DNA of 64,000 bases from a virus, in the IMG/VR virus record IMGVR_UViG_3300008121_000001, positions 29,015 through 93,014 of that record. One strand, written 5' to 3'. The notes beneath the pieces were generated by a model. That model ran no database searches and was not told the DNA's origin. It saw only the letters and a list, made by a program, of their open reading frames with translations. Every line of letters begins with the position of its first letter. Position 1 is the stretch's first letter. The position numbers and the translations under genes were made by a program. Below, piece by piece: positions 28,188 to 38,253 of this stretch.

Positions 28188-29174
28188 ATGACAGAAGATA
28201 AGGAAACGTGGATTTTGTACCGTACCGAAAATTTGTTAAATCATAAAATTTATGTTGGTGTACACAAACTTACCGACACTTACAGGTCTAAAAATTATCT
28301 TGGAAGTGGTGATGCTTTGAAACCAGCCATTAAAAAACATGGCAGGGAAAATTTCACCAGAGTTACCCTAGCAGAGTTTAACTGTGCCGAAGATGCTTAC
28401 TTAGCTGAAGAAGTTATGGTTACTCAAGAATTTGTTAATCGTCCAGATACCTATAACATGAAAGTAGGGGGAATGGGGGGTAAGGGACTTATTTTTACCA
28501 AAGAACATAGAGCAAAAATAGGGGCTGCCAATAAAGGCAGGGTAAAGAGTATCGAAACCCGATTAAAACTTAGCGCTTCCAATAAAGGGAAAGTACATAG
28601 CGAAGAGACAAAAGCTAAAATTGGAGCAAAAAATAAAGGTAACAAACATATGCTCGGTAAAAAACTTAGCGAAGAAACTAAGGCAAAAATTAGTGCGGCA
28701 GGTAAAGGTAGGGAACTAAGTGAGGAGGCGAGAGCTAGGATAGGGGAGGCAAACAGAACAAGAGTTCTAACAGCAGAATCCAGAGCAAAAATTAGTGCTG
28801 CAAATAAAGGGAATAAACACACTCTAGGCAGAAAATTAACTGACGAACACAAAGCAAAAGTCAGTGCTGCACATAGAGGTAAGATAGTATCGGAAGAAAC
28901 TAGAGCTAAACTCAGCAATAGTCTTAAAGGTGTTAATGTAGGTGCTGAACATTGTCGGAGCATAGCAATAGTGATAAACGGCAAGTACTACGGATGCGTA
29001 GCAATAGCAGCTAAAGTAGAGAAAGTGAATCGTCAAACTATAATGGATAGAGTAAAAAATACCAGACTAAGATGGGTTGATTGGCGATACGCTACAGAAG
29101 AGGAAAAATCAGGGCATCCTAGAAGTACAATTTTAATTGAGGAAATTCTAGATTTATCCACTCCCAAAAACTGA
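28188..29174 (+). CDS. GIY-YIG homing endonuclease with NUMOD3 repeats
   Basis: ILYRT.N..N.KIYVGVH..YLGSG..YNMKVGG; about nine 'SEETKAKISAA.KG' repeats. Confidence 0.9.
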   Translation: MTEDKETWILYRTENLLNHKIYVGVHKLTDTYRSKNYLGSGDALKPAIKKHGRENFTRVTLAEFNCAEDAYLAEEVMVTQEFVNRPDTYNMKVGGMGGKGLIFTKEHRAKIGAANKGRVKSIETRLKLSASNKGKVHSEETKAKIGAKNKGNKHMLGKKLSEETKAKISAAGKGRELSEEARARIGEANRTRVLTAESRAKISAANKGNKHTLGRKLTDEHKAKVSAAHRGKIVSEETRAKLSNSLKGVNVGAEHCRSIAIVINGKYYGCVAIAAKVEKVNRQTIMDRVKNTRLRWVDWRYATEEEKSGHPRSTILIEEILDLSTPKN

Positions 29175-30513
29175 TATTGCTAAAATCGTATCTACGTTTA
29201 GGTAAAGGTTGTACGAAGGGTTGAAAGGTTGGAGTACCATCTTCAAGATAAACACCATTACATAAACCTAAAATATTGCTGGCTATAATGAAGGCATTAC
29301 TATTTGTGGCTGTGGCAGTTGTATAGGCTGTACTAGTGTCAATGTCTCCTGAATTTACTCTGAGTTTTACTTCAGAAGAACTCTTCTGTATCCATACATG
29401 ATTCCACTGATGGATAACTGGAGTCCAAGGTACTGAAATTAATATGCTGCCATTTACACTTACCTCAAGATTATTTGAAATTGTCTTAGCTAACTTGAAA
29501 ATTCCAGCTTTCTCCGTGAAAATAATAAGTCTACCATTCGTAGCTTGTGTAAAATACACAAAAGTATTCAGTGTGAACTCATTAGGAAAAACCACACCTT
29601 CATACTGCACATTGGTAGTTGAGCCACAAATAAGACACTCCGTCCCAAACAACTTATTTTCTGACTCATATTCAATACCTACCATTGAGGATATTTTTGA
29701 ATTGCTGCTCTGGTCACTTAACCTACCATTGAAATCTAAGTGTAGGAGGCTCGAACTGTTGCTTGGTGAAGTATATGTCGCCAAATTTATCTCTGGGTCG
29801 CTGACGCGCAAAACAAGGCTATTGGAGTAGATAACTGAACTTGGCTTTAGCGTCGTGGGTATAGCTATATCTGCCTCGAACCAAATATTGTTACTTGCAT
29901 CTGTAATTCTCGCAAGATTTATTGTGCTGTTGATACTCGGTAAAGTCTGCGTGTTACCGTACTCGAAAAATATCTCGCCAAGTGTACCAATTTCACGTTC
30001 TGACCACTTAGCTGCTGTCAAGCTAATGGTTGCTTGTAATGTACCACTGTTGTCGTAATATTTGGCGCTTAGTGAGCTGGGAAAAGTGTTTGTTCCCTTA
30101 AAAAGTAAGTTGAGTATCGCGTTGCTTAGCTTGGCTGTGCCGAAGTCCAGTGTCAGTGTTACACCTGTGTCTGCGTAGAGAGTCAATTCTGAGCCAGTCT
30201 CTATGGTGACATCAAGTGCAACAGTATCAAAAACAATGCCGTCAGAGGTAGTAAGACGGAGGAAAATGGGGTCTGCATAGTCGGCTATCGCCTCTCCGAA
30301 GTTGATATCATTTTCATTTTGTACTGAATTATCTGTCACGTCCCAGTAGCTTGCGTCTAATGGTAGCGCTGAGATACCAAACAGTGTTGAGGTGATGTTG
30401 GTATTCGTATTGTCGAGAATGGTTGCTGCTATAGGGAGAGCAGCCGATGTAATTGGTTGTTCTCGTATTACTTTTTCTGTGATGTCAACGCAAGTGCTGA
30501 AAAGGGTAGTCAT
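29119..30513 (-). CDS. virion protein with C-terminal LamG domain
   Basis: LLHLDFNG..FTLNTFVY..WNHVWI. Confidence 0.75.
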   Translation of the reverse strand: MTTLFSTCVDITEKVIREQPITSAALPIAATILDNTNTNITSTLFGISALPLDASYWDVTDNSVQNENDINFGEAIADYADPIFLRLTTSDGIVFDTVALDVTIETGSELTLYADTGVTLTLDFGTAKLSNAILNLLFKGTNTFPSSLSAKYYDNSGTLQATISLTAAKWSEREIGTLGEIFFEYGNTQTLPSINSTINLARITDASNNIWFEADIAIPTTLKPSSVIYSNSLVLRVSDPEINLATYTSPSNSSSLLHLDFNGRLSDQSSNSKISSMVGIEYESENKLFGTECLICGSTTNVQYEGVVFPNEFTLNTFVYFTQATNGRLIIFTEKAGIFKLAKTISNNLEVSVNGSILISVPWTPVIHQWNHVWIQKSSSEVKLRVNSGDIDTSTAYTTATATNSNAFIIASNILGLCNGVYLEDGTPTFQPFVQPLPKRRYDFSNISFWEWINLEFPQLKLYF

Positions 30514-30589
30514 TGTTATATCTTACCATCGGAGTATTGCAAAACTGCTACAACGTATATAAAATGGCTAAATAAATTGAGGCGATACC

Positions 30590-30949
30590 ATGCCAGACAC
30601 ATTAGAATCTATTTACGAAGAACTGAATAAAAACTGCGCTGTTACCGAATACCTCAACCAGCAACAGAAAGAAAACAACGAGAATTACGTGAAGCTGATG
30701 CGTAAAAAGTGGTGGTTACTCAATCCTGATATCGTTGAGATTTCTTACCTCACGGACTTAGATACTGACTACTCTGGTTCTGATTGGGGCAGCTATCCAT
30801 CGATTTTGTGGAAGACTGTATTTGATAAAGAGGGTAACGATGTTGTGTACACAAGAGATACATCAGGCTATCCTGCACTTGAGTCTGAGATTACTGACGA
30901 GGAAACTGTTATTACTGTTCGGAATCCGTACCTAGAGGATGTTGCTTAA
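30590..30949 (+). CDS. hypothetical protein
   Basis: GAGG RBS, 119 aa. Confidence 0.65.
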   Translation: MPDTLESIYEELNKNCAVTEYLNQQQKENNENYVKLMRKKWWLLNPDIVEISYLTDLDTDYSGSDWGSYPSILWKTVFDKEGNDVVYTRDTSGYPALESEITDEETVITVRNPYLEDVA

Positions 30950-30950
30950 C

Positions 30951-31355
30951 ATGAAAAAATTATTACGCAGTTGGATTGAATCTCTATACGAAGCTACCGA
31001 GTCTTGGGTAGAGCCTGAATTGCCAAGTCGGGAATTTTATACTGCTGGTCGAACTTCGGAGGATGTTAGGAAAGAAGAATACATCAAGTCATGTCCTTTC
31101 AGAATTGCAATGCACCATGTAGAGAAATATTACAAAATAGCTCCCCGTTATGATGGACGCGAGAAAGATGCACCAGATTGGGTACAAACTTCATATTGGT
31201 ACGTGATTCACAAACGTACAGGTATTCTTTGCGAGAAACCTTACGACTCACAACGAGAAGCAGAGAGAGCTATTACTGACTATTGGGAGGAACACTATAA
31301 AGAGTGGGTTTCCAAGAATTTACACAAGATTGAAATACCAAATCGAAGCTGGTAG
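30951..31355 (+). CDS. hypothetical protein
   Basis: ATG at 30951. Confidence 0.65.
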   Translation: MKKLLRSWIESLYEATESWVEPELPSREFYTAGRTSEDVRKEEYIKSCPFRIAMHHVEKYYKIAPRYDGREKDAPDWVQTSYWYVIHKRTGILCEKPYDSQREAERAITDYWEEHYKEWVSKNLHKIEIPNRSW

Positions 31356-31422
31356 TATCTCAAGCGCCGATGGGCTGTGAAGATTTATCCTGAATAATAA
31401 TAACAATAATATAGGAAATCCT

Positions 31423-31525
31423 TGTACAGACCTTGGAAGCCTTACTGATTATAGAAGTTTGTACAAGATTATCTAGGAATTTACAATATTTGTACAAGAG
31501 TATGGTGTACAATAAGTTAAGTACA
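31423..31525. repeat. cluster of TGTACA palindromes next to an AT-rich tract
   Basis: TGTACA at 31423, 31460, 31491, 31506; AGTACA at 31520; two more at 31816 and 31827. Confidence 0.6.
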
Positions 31526-31537
31526 ATAATACTTGAC

Positions 31538-32170
31538 ATGAACAACTTAGATAAGGCAATATTAAAAAGACCACCAGATGTAGAAATGGCAGCGCTAGTG
31601 TTTTCCGAAACTACCTCTATAACTCTTGAGCAAGGCAGGGAAGTCTCTATGGCTATCCTACCAACGATTGCAGGGTTACAAAAATCATTAGATAAGCTAC
31701 AACAGACAGTTGAAAATACCCAACGACTAACAGCGCCAAACATAGCTAGATACTTTTTAGCTAACCCACATATTTTAGAAGATTTTGAGATTGTGGAGGA
31801 TGATGAGCAAGATACTGTACAAGTTCTGTACAAGGGTAGTTCTGCCAACAATGTAATTCGTCGTGCTTACAACAAAATTACTGCCGAACTCATGAAAACG
31901 TTCGGTTGCAAGGATGTATCTTTCAAAACAATGTCAGAGGCGATATTAAAAGCTTACGACTGGAAAATGATGTCTACAAATGATTCAGTGGATATCTCTA
32001 TTTTGAATGTTGCCTATAGTTTCAACAGATTATTCACTACGGCAGATATCAAGAAAGCCATACCTAGCTTAAACTGGTCAAAAGAAGAAATTTCAGATTT
32101 ACTTTTAGGTAATGGTTACACACTGAGGACTTACCCTTCAAACCGAGTCAAATACTTTAAAAAACCATGA
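31538..32170 (+). CDS. hypothetical protein, possible C-terminal winged helix
   Basis: ATG at 31538; C-terminus FTTADIKKA..ISDLL..GY..R..YF. Confidence 0.65.
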   Translation: MNNLDKAILKRPPDVEMAALVFSETTSITLEQGREVSMAILPTIAGLQKSLDKLQQTVENTQRLTAPNIARYFLANPHILEDFEIVEDDEQDTVQVLYKGSSANNVIRRAYNKITAELMKTFGCKDVSFKTMSEAILKAYDWKMMSTNDSVDISILNVAYSFNRLFTTADIKKAIPSLNWSKEEISDLLLGNGYTLRTYPSNRVKYFKKP

Positions 32171-32502
32171 ACAAAGTACTCACAAATTTCCGCGACCATC
32201 CCTCACTCCGCTTCGATGACCCACAATCTGTCTTCAAAATCGACGATAAAGTGTATCTTATCAGTGAAGGTGTTGTAAGACAAATTATTCCTAAGAGTGT
32301 ACAACTAACTAACATCGGGGAACCTTACCGTAATTTAGTGAGGCTCAATTATTTCTTTGCTGCTGAAGCATATCTTTTCGACTTTACCGATGTACTTAAC
32401 GAGCAGCATCAATTGTGTATCGACTTTGCCCCAGAAGATGAAGAAACACTGAGGCAACTAATCAGCCCTGAGACAGATGCAGAAAAGAGAATTGACGCTT
32501 AG
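32167..32502 (+). CDS. hypothetical protein
   Basis: ATGA overlap. Confidence 0.65.
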   Translation: MNKVLTNFRDHPSLRFDDPQSVFKIDDKVYLISEGVVRQIIPKSVQLTNIGEPYRNLVRLNYFFAAEAYLFDFTDVLNEQHQLCIDFAPEDEETLRQLISPETDAEKRIDA

Positions 32503-32530
32503 TATTGGTTTGTTGTGATTCGAGGCGCTA

Positions 32531-32659
32531 ATGCTGACACTACTGCTTAACTTGGTCACTTACCTTTTACTATCCCTGCTTGCAATTATTACAGTCTGCC
32601 TCATACTATTTTTTCTGTCTCTGCTTGTTGACGGTGTAGTTGAAAGGTTTAAGAGTTAA
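32531..32659 (+). CDS. 42-aa hydrophobic micropeptide
   Basis: MLTLLLNLVTYLLLSLLAIITVCLILFFLSLLVDGVVERFKS; GAGG upstream. Confidence 0.55.
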   Translation: MLTLLLNLVTYLLLSLLAIITVCLILFFLSLLVDGVVERFKS

Positions 32660-32660
32660 T

Positions 32661-32753
32661 ATGTTCTCTCACCTAATTTTGCCACTCATGATGGCGCTCG
32701 TCATCCCTGCACTTCTTGGCTACATTGCATTGAAACTTTACTTTGGTAACTAA
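32661..32753 (+). CDS. 30-aa single-TM micropeptide
   Basis: MFSHLILPLMMALVIPALLGYIALKLYFGN; 1-nt spacing to both neighbours. Confidence 0.6.
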   Translation: MFSHLILPLMMALVIPALLGYIALKLYFGN

Positions 32754-32754
32754 T

Positions 32755-33234
32755 ATGACCGCACCACAAATTCTCGCTGTCTCTAACACCACTACCGAAC
32801 TTTCGCCTGAAGAGAATGAGTTGCTCCTTTCTGCAATCAACTTGAGCAGTCAAGAAAAGAGCGTCCAAGCCGAGTTGAAGGACGTAAAGGTAAAAGTAAC
32901 CCAACTGTTCACTAAACGCTTTGACACCGCAAAAACTGGCACAATCGCGAAGCTTGGCAAGAGCAGCATTCAGGTCAAGCGCAAAGCTAGCAAAGTCGTG
33001 TTGACCGATGAGCTAATTCAACTGAGAGAAACTATCGATGACGCAATCACAGACCACATTGCATCCAACGAAGGTGAAATTCTAAAGCTGAAAGAGCAAA
33101 TCGAAGCTTTGCAACAACAGATTCTAGCACTGCAAATCAGTGATGAAATCTTGATGATGGAGTTTGACTTCAAACAACGTGTTGCTGCATTGAAATCTCC
33201 TGAACCAGAATATGAAGTAGCAATTAAGGTGTGA
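32755..33234 (+). CDS. coiled-coil hypothetical protein
   Basis: ATG at 32755; heptad-rich. Confidence 0.7.
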   Translation: MTAPQILAVSNTTTELSPEENELLLSAINLSSQEKSVQAELKDVKVKVTQLFTKRFDTAKTGTIAKLGKSSIQVKRKASKVVLTDELIQLRETIDDAITDHIASNEGEILKLKEQIEALQQQILALQISDEILMMEFDFKQRVAALKSPEPEYEVAIKV

Positions 33235-33235
33235 T

Positions 33236-33454
33236 ATGGCTGAATACACACAACAAATCTACTACACTGTAACAGGCAGAAGAAGGAAATCTACCCTAAA
33301 AGATTGGCTTCTGTGGTTATTATGGTTCCCTAAAGACGTGGTTGAAGAGAATGTGTTTACCGCGCAAGACATTGTATCAACTATCTTCAAGTTTCAATAT
33401 TCAGGATACGACCAAATCGAAATCATTCAAAAGCGCGGAGATAAAGAATACTAA
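33236..33454 (+). CDS. hypothetical protein
   Basis: Coupled ORF. Confidence 0.55.
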   Translation: MAEYTQQIYYTVTGRRRKSTLKDWLLWLLWFPKDVVEENVFTAQDIVSTIFKFQYSGYDQIEIIQKRGDKEY

Positions 33455-33711
33455 TGAAACGTGACTCCCGCATCAAACATCGATTCGTCACAGTCTTCCC
33501 CGTTGACTTTTTTCGCGGTAAACATAAATGTCGTGATGGAGTTGAGCGTAGTGTTGTATGGCATAGACCTTGGAAGCTTGGAGGAGTGATTTTTATTCCT
33601 CTGTTTCAGTTTGAGATATGCCCTAGATTTGGTAATAGAGATAGCTACTGCTATTTTACCCTTAGATTTATCTGGTGGCAAATTAACGGGTATTTTTGGT
33701 ACAGCAAATGA
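33454..33711 (+). CDS. hypothetical protein
   Basis: TAATG coupling. Confidence 0.55.
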   Translation: MKRDSRIKHRFVTVFPVDFFRGKHKCRDGVERSVVWHRPWKLGGVIFIPLFQFEICPRFGNRDSYCYFTLRFIWWQINGYFWYSK

Positions 33712-33840
33712 GTATTCTTCACCCCAAGAAATTAGATACGATTTTCAAACAAGAAATTGCAAAGTATAGATACAAACCCAACTGGGAATTTTTTGCTAAT
33801 CCTTATAATGAACTAATCATTCCACCAATAATGGATAATC

Positions 33841-34122
33841 ATGGAACCTAAAAACAGAATCTACGTTGTGGCAGTCTACGCTGAAATTAGAAATAGCGAG
33901 GACACGTACAACAATATCTACACAGTTCTGCTCGATGAGCCAGATGAAACCGAGCAAGATGCAATCAACATGGGTAGAATACTTTTCGTCGCTGATGTAC
34001 TGAGAGACTCAAAACTTGATGTCATGGGTGAGACTGTGATAAGTAAAGACGACATTTGCATCTGCTACATCGGATGCAGAGAAATCACTGCTGAAGACCT
34101 TGACCCTGAGAGCTATGAGTAA
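33841..34122 (+). CDS. hypothetical protein
   Basis: 93-aa acidic ORF. Confidence 0.6.
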   Translation: MEPKNRIYVVAVYAEIRNSEDTYNNIYTVLLDEPDETEQDAINMGRILFVADVLRDSKLDVMGETVISKDDICICYIGCREITAEDLDPESYE

Positions 34123-34125
34123 ATT

Positions 34126-35226
34126 ATGAAAAGAATCCAAGCAGAACAAAATACAATTCTATTAAGCCTTACTGGGTCTAGATTGTACGGTATTGAGAAT
34201 GAGGATAGTGATTACGATTACAAAGGTATCTGTATTCCTTCCATAGACTATTTCATTGGCACTAAGACATTTGAGCAGCTAGATAGCTTTAATGAGCCAA
34301 CCTGCGTATTTCCTATACTGACAGGTACAGATAGTGTCATTTATAATCTGAAAAAATTTTGCCATCTGGCGACTTTGAACAACCCTAATATTCTAGAGGT
34401 TCTTTATGTTGACCCTAAAAATTATATTGTGTGTAGTGGGGCGGCAAAGCAACTGATTGCTATTCGAGATTCATTCTTGTCCCAGAAAGTTTATTACAGC
34501 TATTCAGGTTACGCTCACGCTCAAATTCGTAAGGTTGACACACATAGGAAATGGCTACTCAAGTACAAAAAAGACCCTAATTTCTTTTCTGTGCCTCCAA
34601 ACCCTAAAGACTTTGGACTTGACGAGAATCCTTTGAGAAAAGAGCAGTTACACGCTTTTCTTGAGTTCTTATACACTTTGATTAAAGATGCTGCTCAGTA
34701 CCATGAAACCACTGTAGAGCTACTAGAAAAAATTGAATTAAAAGGTTTACTAAAAGAGAGGAAGTTGCCAGAAGAAGTACTAGACTGTGTTCAGTACTAT
34801 ACAAGAGCAACCAATGATTTTATGACTCTTTTAAGAGGTACTCAAGCATATAGGACTGCTCTACAAGAGTATGAAGCTTATCAGTCTTGGAAAAACAACC
34901 GCAACTCCAAAAGAGCAGAGGTAGAAGCAAAATGTGGCTACGATGGAAAACATCTGGGTCACTGCTATCGATTGTTACAAACTGGTATTGAAATTTTATC
35001 TGGCGAAGGTATTCAGCCTGACAGAAGACTTGTAGGAGATGCAGAGTATATTAAGTCAATCCGAAATGGTAATGTAGATTATGATGATGTAAAACAAAAT
35101 GTGGATGCTCTTCTACTAAAACTCGAAGAAGCTAAGCAAAATACTCGTCTACCTAAGACTCCTAACACTAAAACTATTGAGCAAGTTCAGATTGATATTT
35201 TGAAGAGTAGTCTAGGAGTAAAGTGA
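34126..35226 (+). CDS. Pol-beta-superfamily nucleotidyltransferase (RlaP/YcgL-like)
   Basis: GSRLYG...SDYDYKGI; NPNILE; YSYSGYA.AQ; GYDGKHLGHCYRLL. Confidence 0.85.
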   Translation: MKRIQAEQNTILLSLTGSRLYGIENEDSDYDYKGICIPSIDYFIGTKTFEQLDSFNEPTCVFPILTGTDSVIYNLKKFCHLATLNNPNILEVLYVDPKNYIVCSGAAKQLIAIRDSFLSQKVYYSYSGYAHAQIRKVDTHRKWLLKYKKDPNFFSVPPNPKDFGLDENPLRKEQLHAFLEFLYTLIKDAAQYHETTVELLEKIELKGLLKERKLPEEVLDCVQYYTRATNDFMTLLRGTQAYRTALQEYEAYQSWKNNRNSKRAEVEAKCGYDGKHLGHCYRLLQTGIEILSGEGIQPDRRLVGDAEYIKSIRNGNVDYDDVKQNVDALLLKLEEAKQNTRLPKTPNTKTIEQVQIDILKSSLGVK

Positions 35227-38200
35227 CCTCTCCGCCAACCCAAGATATTCATGAATATTTGTCTCAATCCCCTGAATCTCAGCCGTAGTAAGCTGTCTGT
35301 TATACATCAAGCAGCCCAAGAAAAGTCCCTGAATATCTGTAGCGATGCTGTCAACCGTCAACGCGCTGCTTGAACTAAACACCAATACCTGAGCGTCTGT
35401 GTTATCTAAGTTTGTACTTAGAGTCACAGACGCTTTTTTTTGCCTCACATCTGTAATTATCTGAGGAATACTAGCTCCATCGCTACTATAAAACTCTAGT
35501 TGGTCTGTGTAGTTGCTTATCAGGACACTATCAGCCGTTAGAGCATTCGTATACCCATATAGTCCAGTACTAACGAAACTTTTCGGGGTAGTCCAGTTGT
35601 CAGAAAAAGAGTACAGAAAAGAAGTACTTTCATTTGGGCTACCCACCAGCAAGTCATAGGCAGAATTGAATGACAACGAGTATCCAAAATTAGTGGTCGC
35701 GCTTGTGATGGTTTTGATGACTGTCCAAGTACCAGTTTCGTATTTCCAAATTTTCACTTCGTTAGAGAAGTTGGCGGTCGCCAAGTAATCACCCTTCAGG
35801 GCGAAGTCCAAGTCTGCGCCTGTAATCGTTTGTGTGAGTGTATCTGAGTCAAAAACCCTCACATTTCCCGAATTGTCCATCGCCGCCCAACGTGACAAAG
35901 AAAAATTACCCAGAATTTTTTTCCCAAAAAAGTTGAAGACGTTACTAGGAGTTGTATTGTAGATACCAGCATTTTTTTGGAATTGGTAGATGCGATTACT
36001 ATCCTGAACTGATACTAATAATTTGGTATCGTAATCATTTACGGTAGCAGAAAGTCCAAAACCATCGATATAAGGTAGAGGACTGGTTTGACCTAAATTA
36101 AGGCTAGATGTCCAAGTAGCTACACCAGTCCGAGTGAAGTGAAGTACGCGACCTTCACCCAAGTTGCTATTCTTAACACCAATACAAATCAAATCTCCAG
36201 TGCTATTTATTTGAAGCGAGGCATTAGCTAGAGCAGCAGCGTCACCTGAAGTCAGTGGCAAAGTTACCGCAGAATCAAATCGCCACACACCAGAGATTCT
36301 TCGTACTACTTTGACTGTGTTTGCCAAGTCATCAATATAGACCAAATTACTTTCATCTTCCGAAATTGCCACTTTACTAAAGCGACCAGACTGCGTAGCT
36401 ACTTTTACAAAATCACCTTCATTAAATTGAAGTGCGCCGACCAACTGAGTGCCTGAGCCGCCATTAAAGGTATATCCAGAAGCTGAGCCAACATATTTAC
36501 GATACGATTTTGCTGCTAATTCCCGATAAACAAAAAATAAGGTGCGGACACCGACCACTGGAGATGATAAATTTATTTTCTGCCCTGAGCTTGCGATGTT
36601 GTATGTCTTGCCGTATAGAAGCGAAGTTTCCAATGTCGCGCTTGTTGTTGCATTGGCTGTTGCAGTGAGATTTGGTATTGTGCCGCTAGTTACACTTGAT
36701 TTTGCAAAGTATCCATCAAGATACCCAGAAATATTTGTGATACCAAAACTGCGGGATTCATTAAGGTCAACCAAGTAATCTTGATAATAAGTACCATTTG
36801 AAACTCTTATAGTGATTGGTTTTCTAGCTGGACGCACTGCAAAATTACTAAGAACTAGCTGGAAAGTTGTCGTCAATGAATTTGGAGCTACAGAAACATT
36901 ACTGACATTTAATCCAACATCACCCACTTGCCAATCAGAGTTGGATGGAATTAATAAATCTAAAAAATAAGTTGTGAAATTAGAGTATACCCCAGTCTGA
37001 GTAATTGTATAAGTTGTTGTTGAATTTGGGGCGACAGAAGTTGCACCAGAAATAGAAAAAATTCGCCTAGAAAAAATCCCCTGAAAAGTTGAAGACGTTT
37101 TGTTCCTGAACTTAATCGGGTAAAATTGCTCGACCTTAGCTTGGGGTAAAATTGGGTCAATTTGAGGAAAATATTGGTCGAGGTTAGTGACCCTTTCCCA
37201 GACAGAAAAAGAAATTAAACTGAAATTGCCTGTAGGCGCTTGATATTTACTTGAATTAAACCGAAACTTGTAGCTAGGTATTTTTATTTGTAACGTAGTA
37301 GTGAGCTTTAGTACCCCGTTTAGCCACACTTTTACCGTGTACTGGTTAAACTCTAGGCGAAGTACTTGAATAGGCTCTGAGGGGTCAAAAGTGCCAATAT
37401 CTTGCAAATTAATAGCACTTGAGTTTAGTCTGCCAAATTTAAGTAGATTGTCTAGTTTTCTCACAAAAAAACTAAGGTTAGGTGAGTCCCAATAGCTTAG
37501 TAGTTCTACATTTGCACCGATATTAGCTGATAAAAAACGTAGCTCGACTGTAAAACTTGATGTGAGGGGTCGAGCGCTTTGTATGACGAAAGAATTGGGT
37601 GTCACTAGCTTCGTCTGTGTTTTGTAATCATTTGTGGTCGTGTCAGTTGGTTTTGTAAAGTTACCAATCTCATCAGCATATTTTAGATAGCAGATTTGGT
37701 TGTCACTCGGCTTATAGTCAACCAAGGTGCTAGCAAAAACATCTGCATTTATTGATAAAAGCCAAGGCAATGCCACAGACTTGTATCCAATATTTTCGAC
37801 ATCTCCAGTAAAGTTGCCGACCTTGAAAGTGCCAGACTGAATCTTGTAGTTGAAAGTGAGAGTTGCCGCCGACTCGTTTACCTTGATACTCAGCACATTT
37901 CCTTTTCTGACAACGCGCAGCAGCGCCCATGTGAGCGTAGTAAAGGTTAGTCCAGTACTTATAGTTTCAAAGATGCCCGAAGCTATCTGACGCTTGATTA
38001 CTAGCACACCAGAGACGATTGCAAAGTCAAAAATATCCCCTACAGTGAATAAAGTCTGATTTATGACTCCAGAGGGATAAAATTGCCCAAAGAATGAGAA
38101 ATCGTATTTGTTTGTGACGGTTGAGTAATTTGTCGAGGATGCTGTATATGAAGTCGTGCTGCTATCGTATACGTCTAGAGTAGTAGGAAAATAATTCTGC

Positions 38201-38253
38201 TCTACTTCAGTTAGTTGGATAAGTTCAGGAGAATAGGTATGTCTGGGGAACAT
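35212..38253 (-). CDS. large virion/tail protein (LamG-like plus beta-propeller repeats)
   Basis: Ser/Thr-rich; FGLS, FGYSLS..LLVGSP propeller repeats. Confidence 0.75.
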   Translation of the reverse strand: MFPRHTYSPELIQLTEVEQNYFPTTLDVYDSSTTSYTASSTNYSTVTNKYDFSFFGQFYPSGVINQTLFTVGDIFDFAIVSGVLVIKRQIASGIFETISTGLTFTTLTWALLRVVRKGNVLSIKVNESAATLTFNYKIQSGTFKVGNFTGDVENIGYKSVALPWLLSINADVFASTLVDYKPSDNQICYLKYADEIGNFTKPTDTTTNDYKTQTKLVTPNSFVIQSARPLTSSFTVELRFLSANIGANVELLSYWDSPNLSFFVRKLDNLLKFGRLNSSAINLQDIGTFDPSEPIQVLRLEFNQYTVKVWLNGVLKLTTTLQIKIPSYKFRFNSSKYQAPTGNFSLISFSVWERVTNLDQYFPQIDPILPQAKVEQFYPIKFRNKTSSTFQGIFSRRIFSISGATSVAPNSTTTYTITQTGVYSNFTTYFLDLLIPSNSDWQVGDVGLNVSNVSVAPNSLTTTFQLVLSNFAVRPARKPITIRVSNGTYYQDYLVDLNESRSFGITNISGYLDGYFAKSSVTSGTIPNLTATANATTSATLETSLLYGKTYNIASSGQKINLSSPVVGVRTLFFVYRELAAKSYRKYVGSASGYTFNGGSGTQLVGALQFNEGDFVKVATQSGRFSKVAISEDESNLVYIDDLANTVKVVRRISGVWRFDSAVTLPLTSGDAAALANASLQINSTGDLICIGVKNSNLGEGRVLHFTRTGVATWTSSLNLGQTSPLPYIDGFGLSATVNDYDTKLLVSVQDSNRIYQFQKNAGIYNTTPSNVFNFFGKKILGNFSLSRWAAMDNSGNVRVFDSDTLTQTITGADLDFALKGDYLATANFSNEVKIWKYETGTWTVIKTITSATTNFGYSLSFNSAYDLLVGSPNESTSFLYSFSDNWTTPKSFVSTGLYGYTNALTADSVLISNYTDQLEFYSSDGASIPQIITDVRQKKASVTLSTNLDNTDAQVLVFSSSSALTVDSIATDIQGLFLGCLMYNRQLTTAEIQGIETNIHEYLGLAERSLYS

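Noticed and set aside
28451-28984. 177-aa repetitive hydrophobic ORF on the minus strand, and similar shadow ORFs (53183+, 31360-, 53954+)
   Set aside because: Antisense shadows of real genes, largely produced by the NUMOD3 repeats or codon bias
31816-31832. NtcA or cyanobacterial LexA box in paired TGTACA sites
   Set aside because: Spacing is GTA-N9-TAC and GTAC-N7-GTAC, matching neither consensus, and it is intragenic
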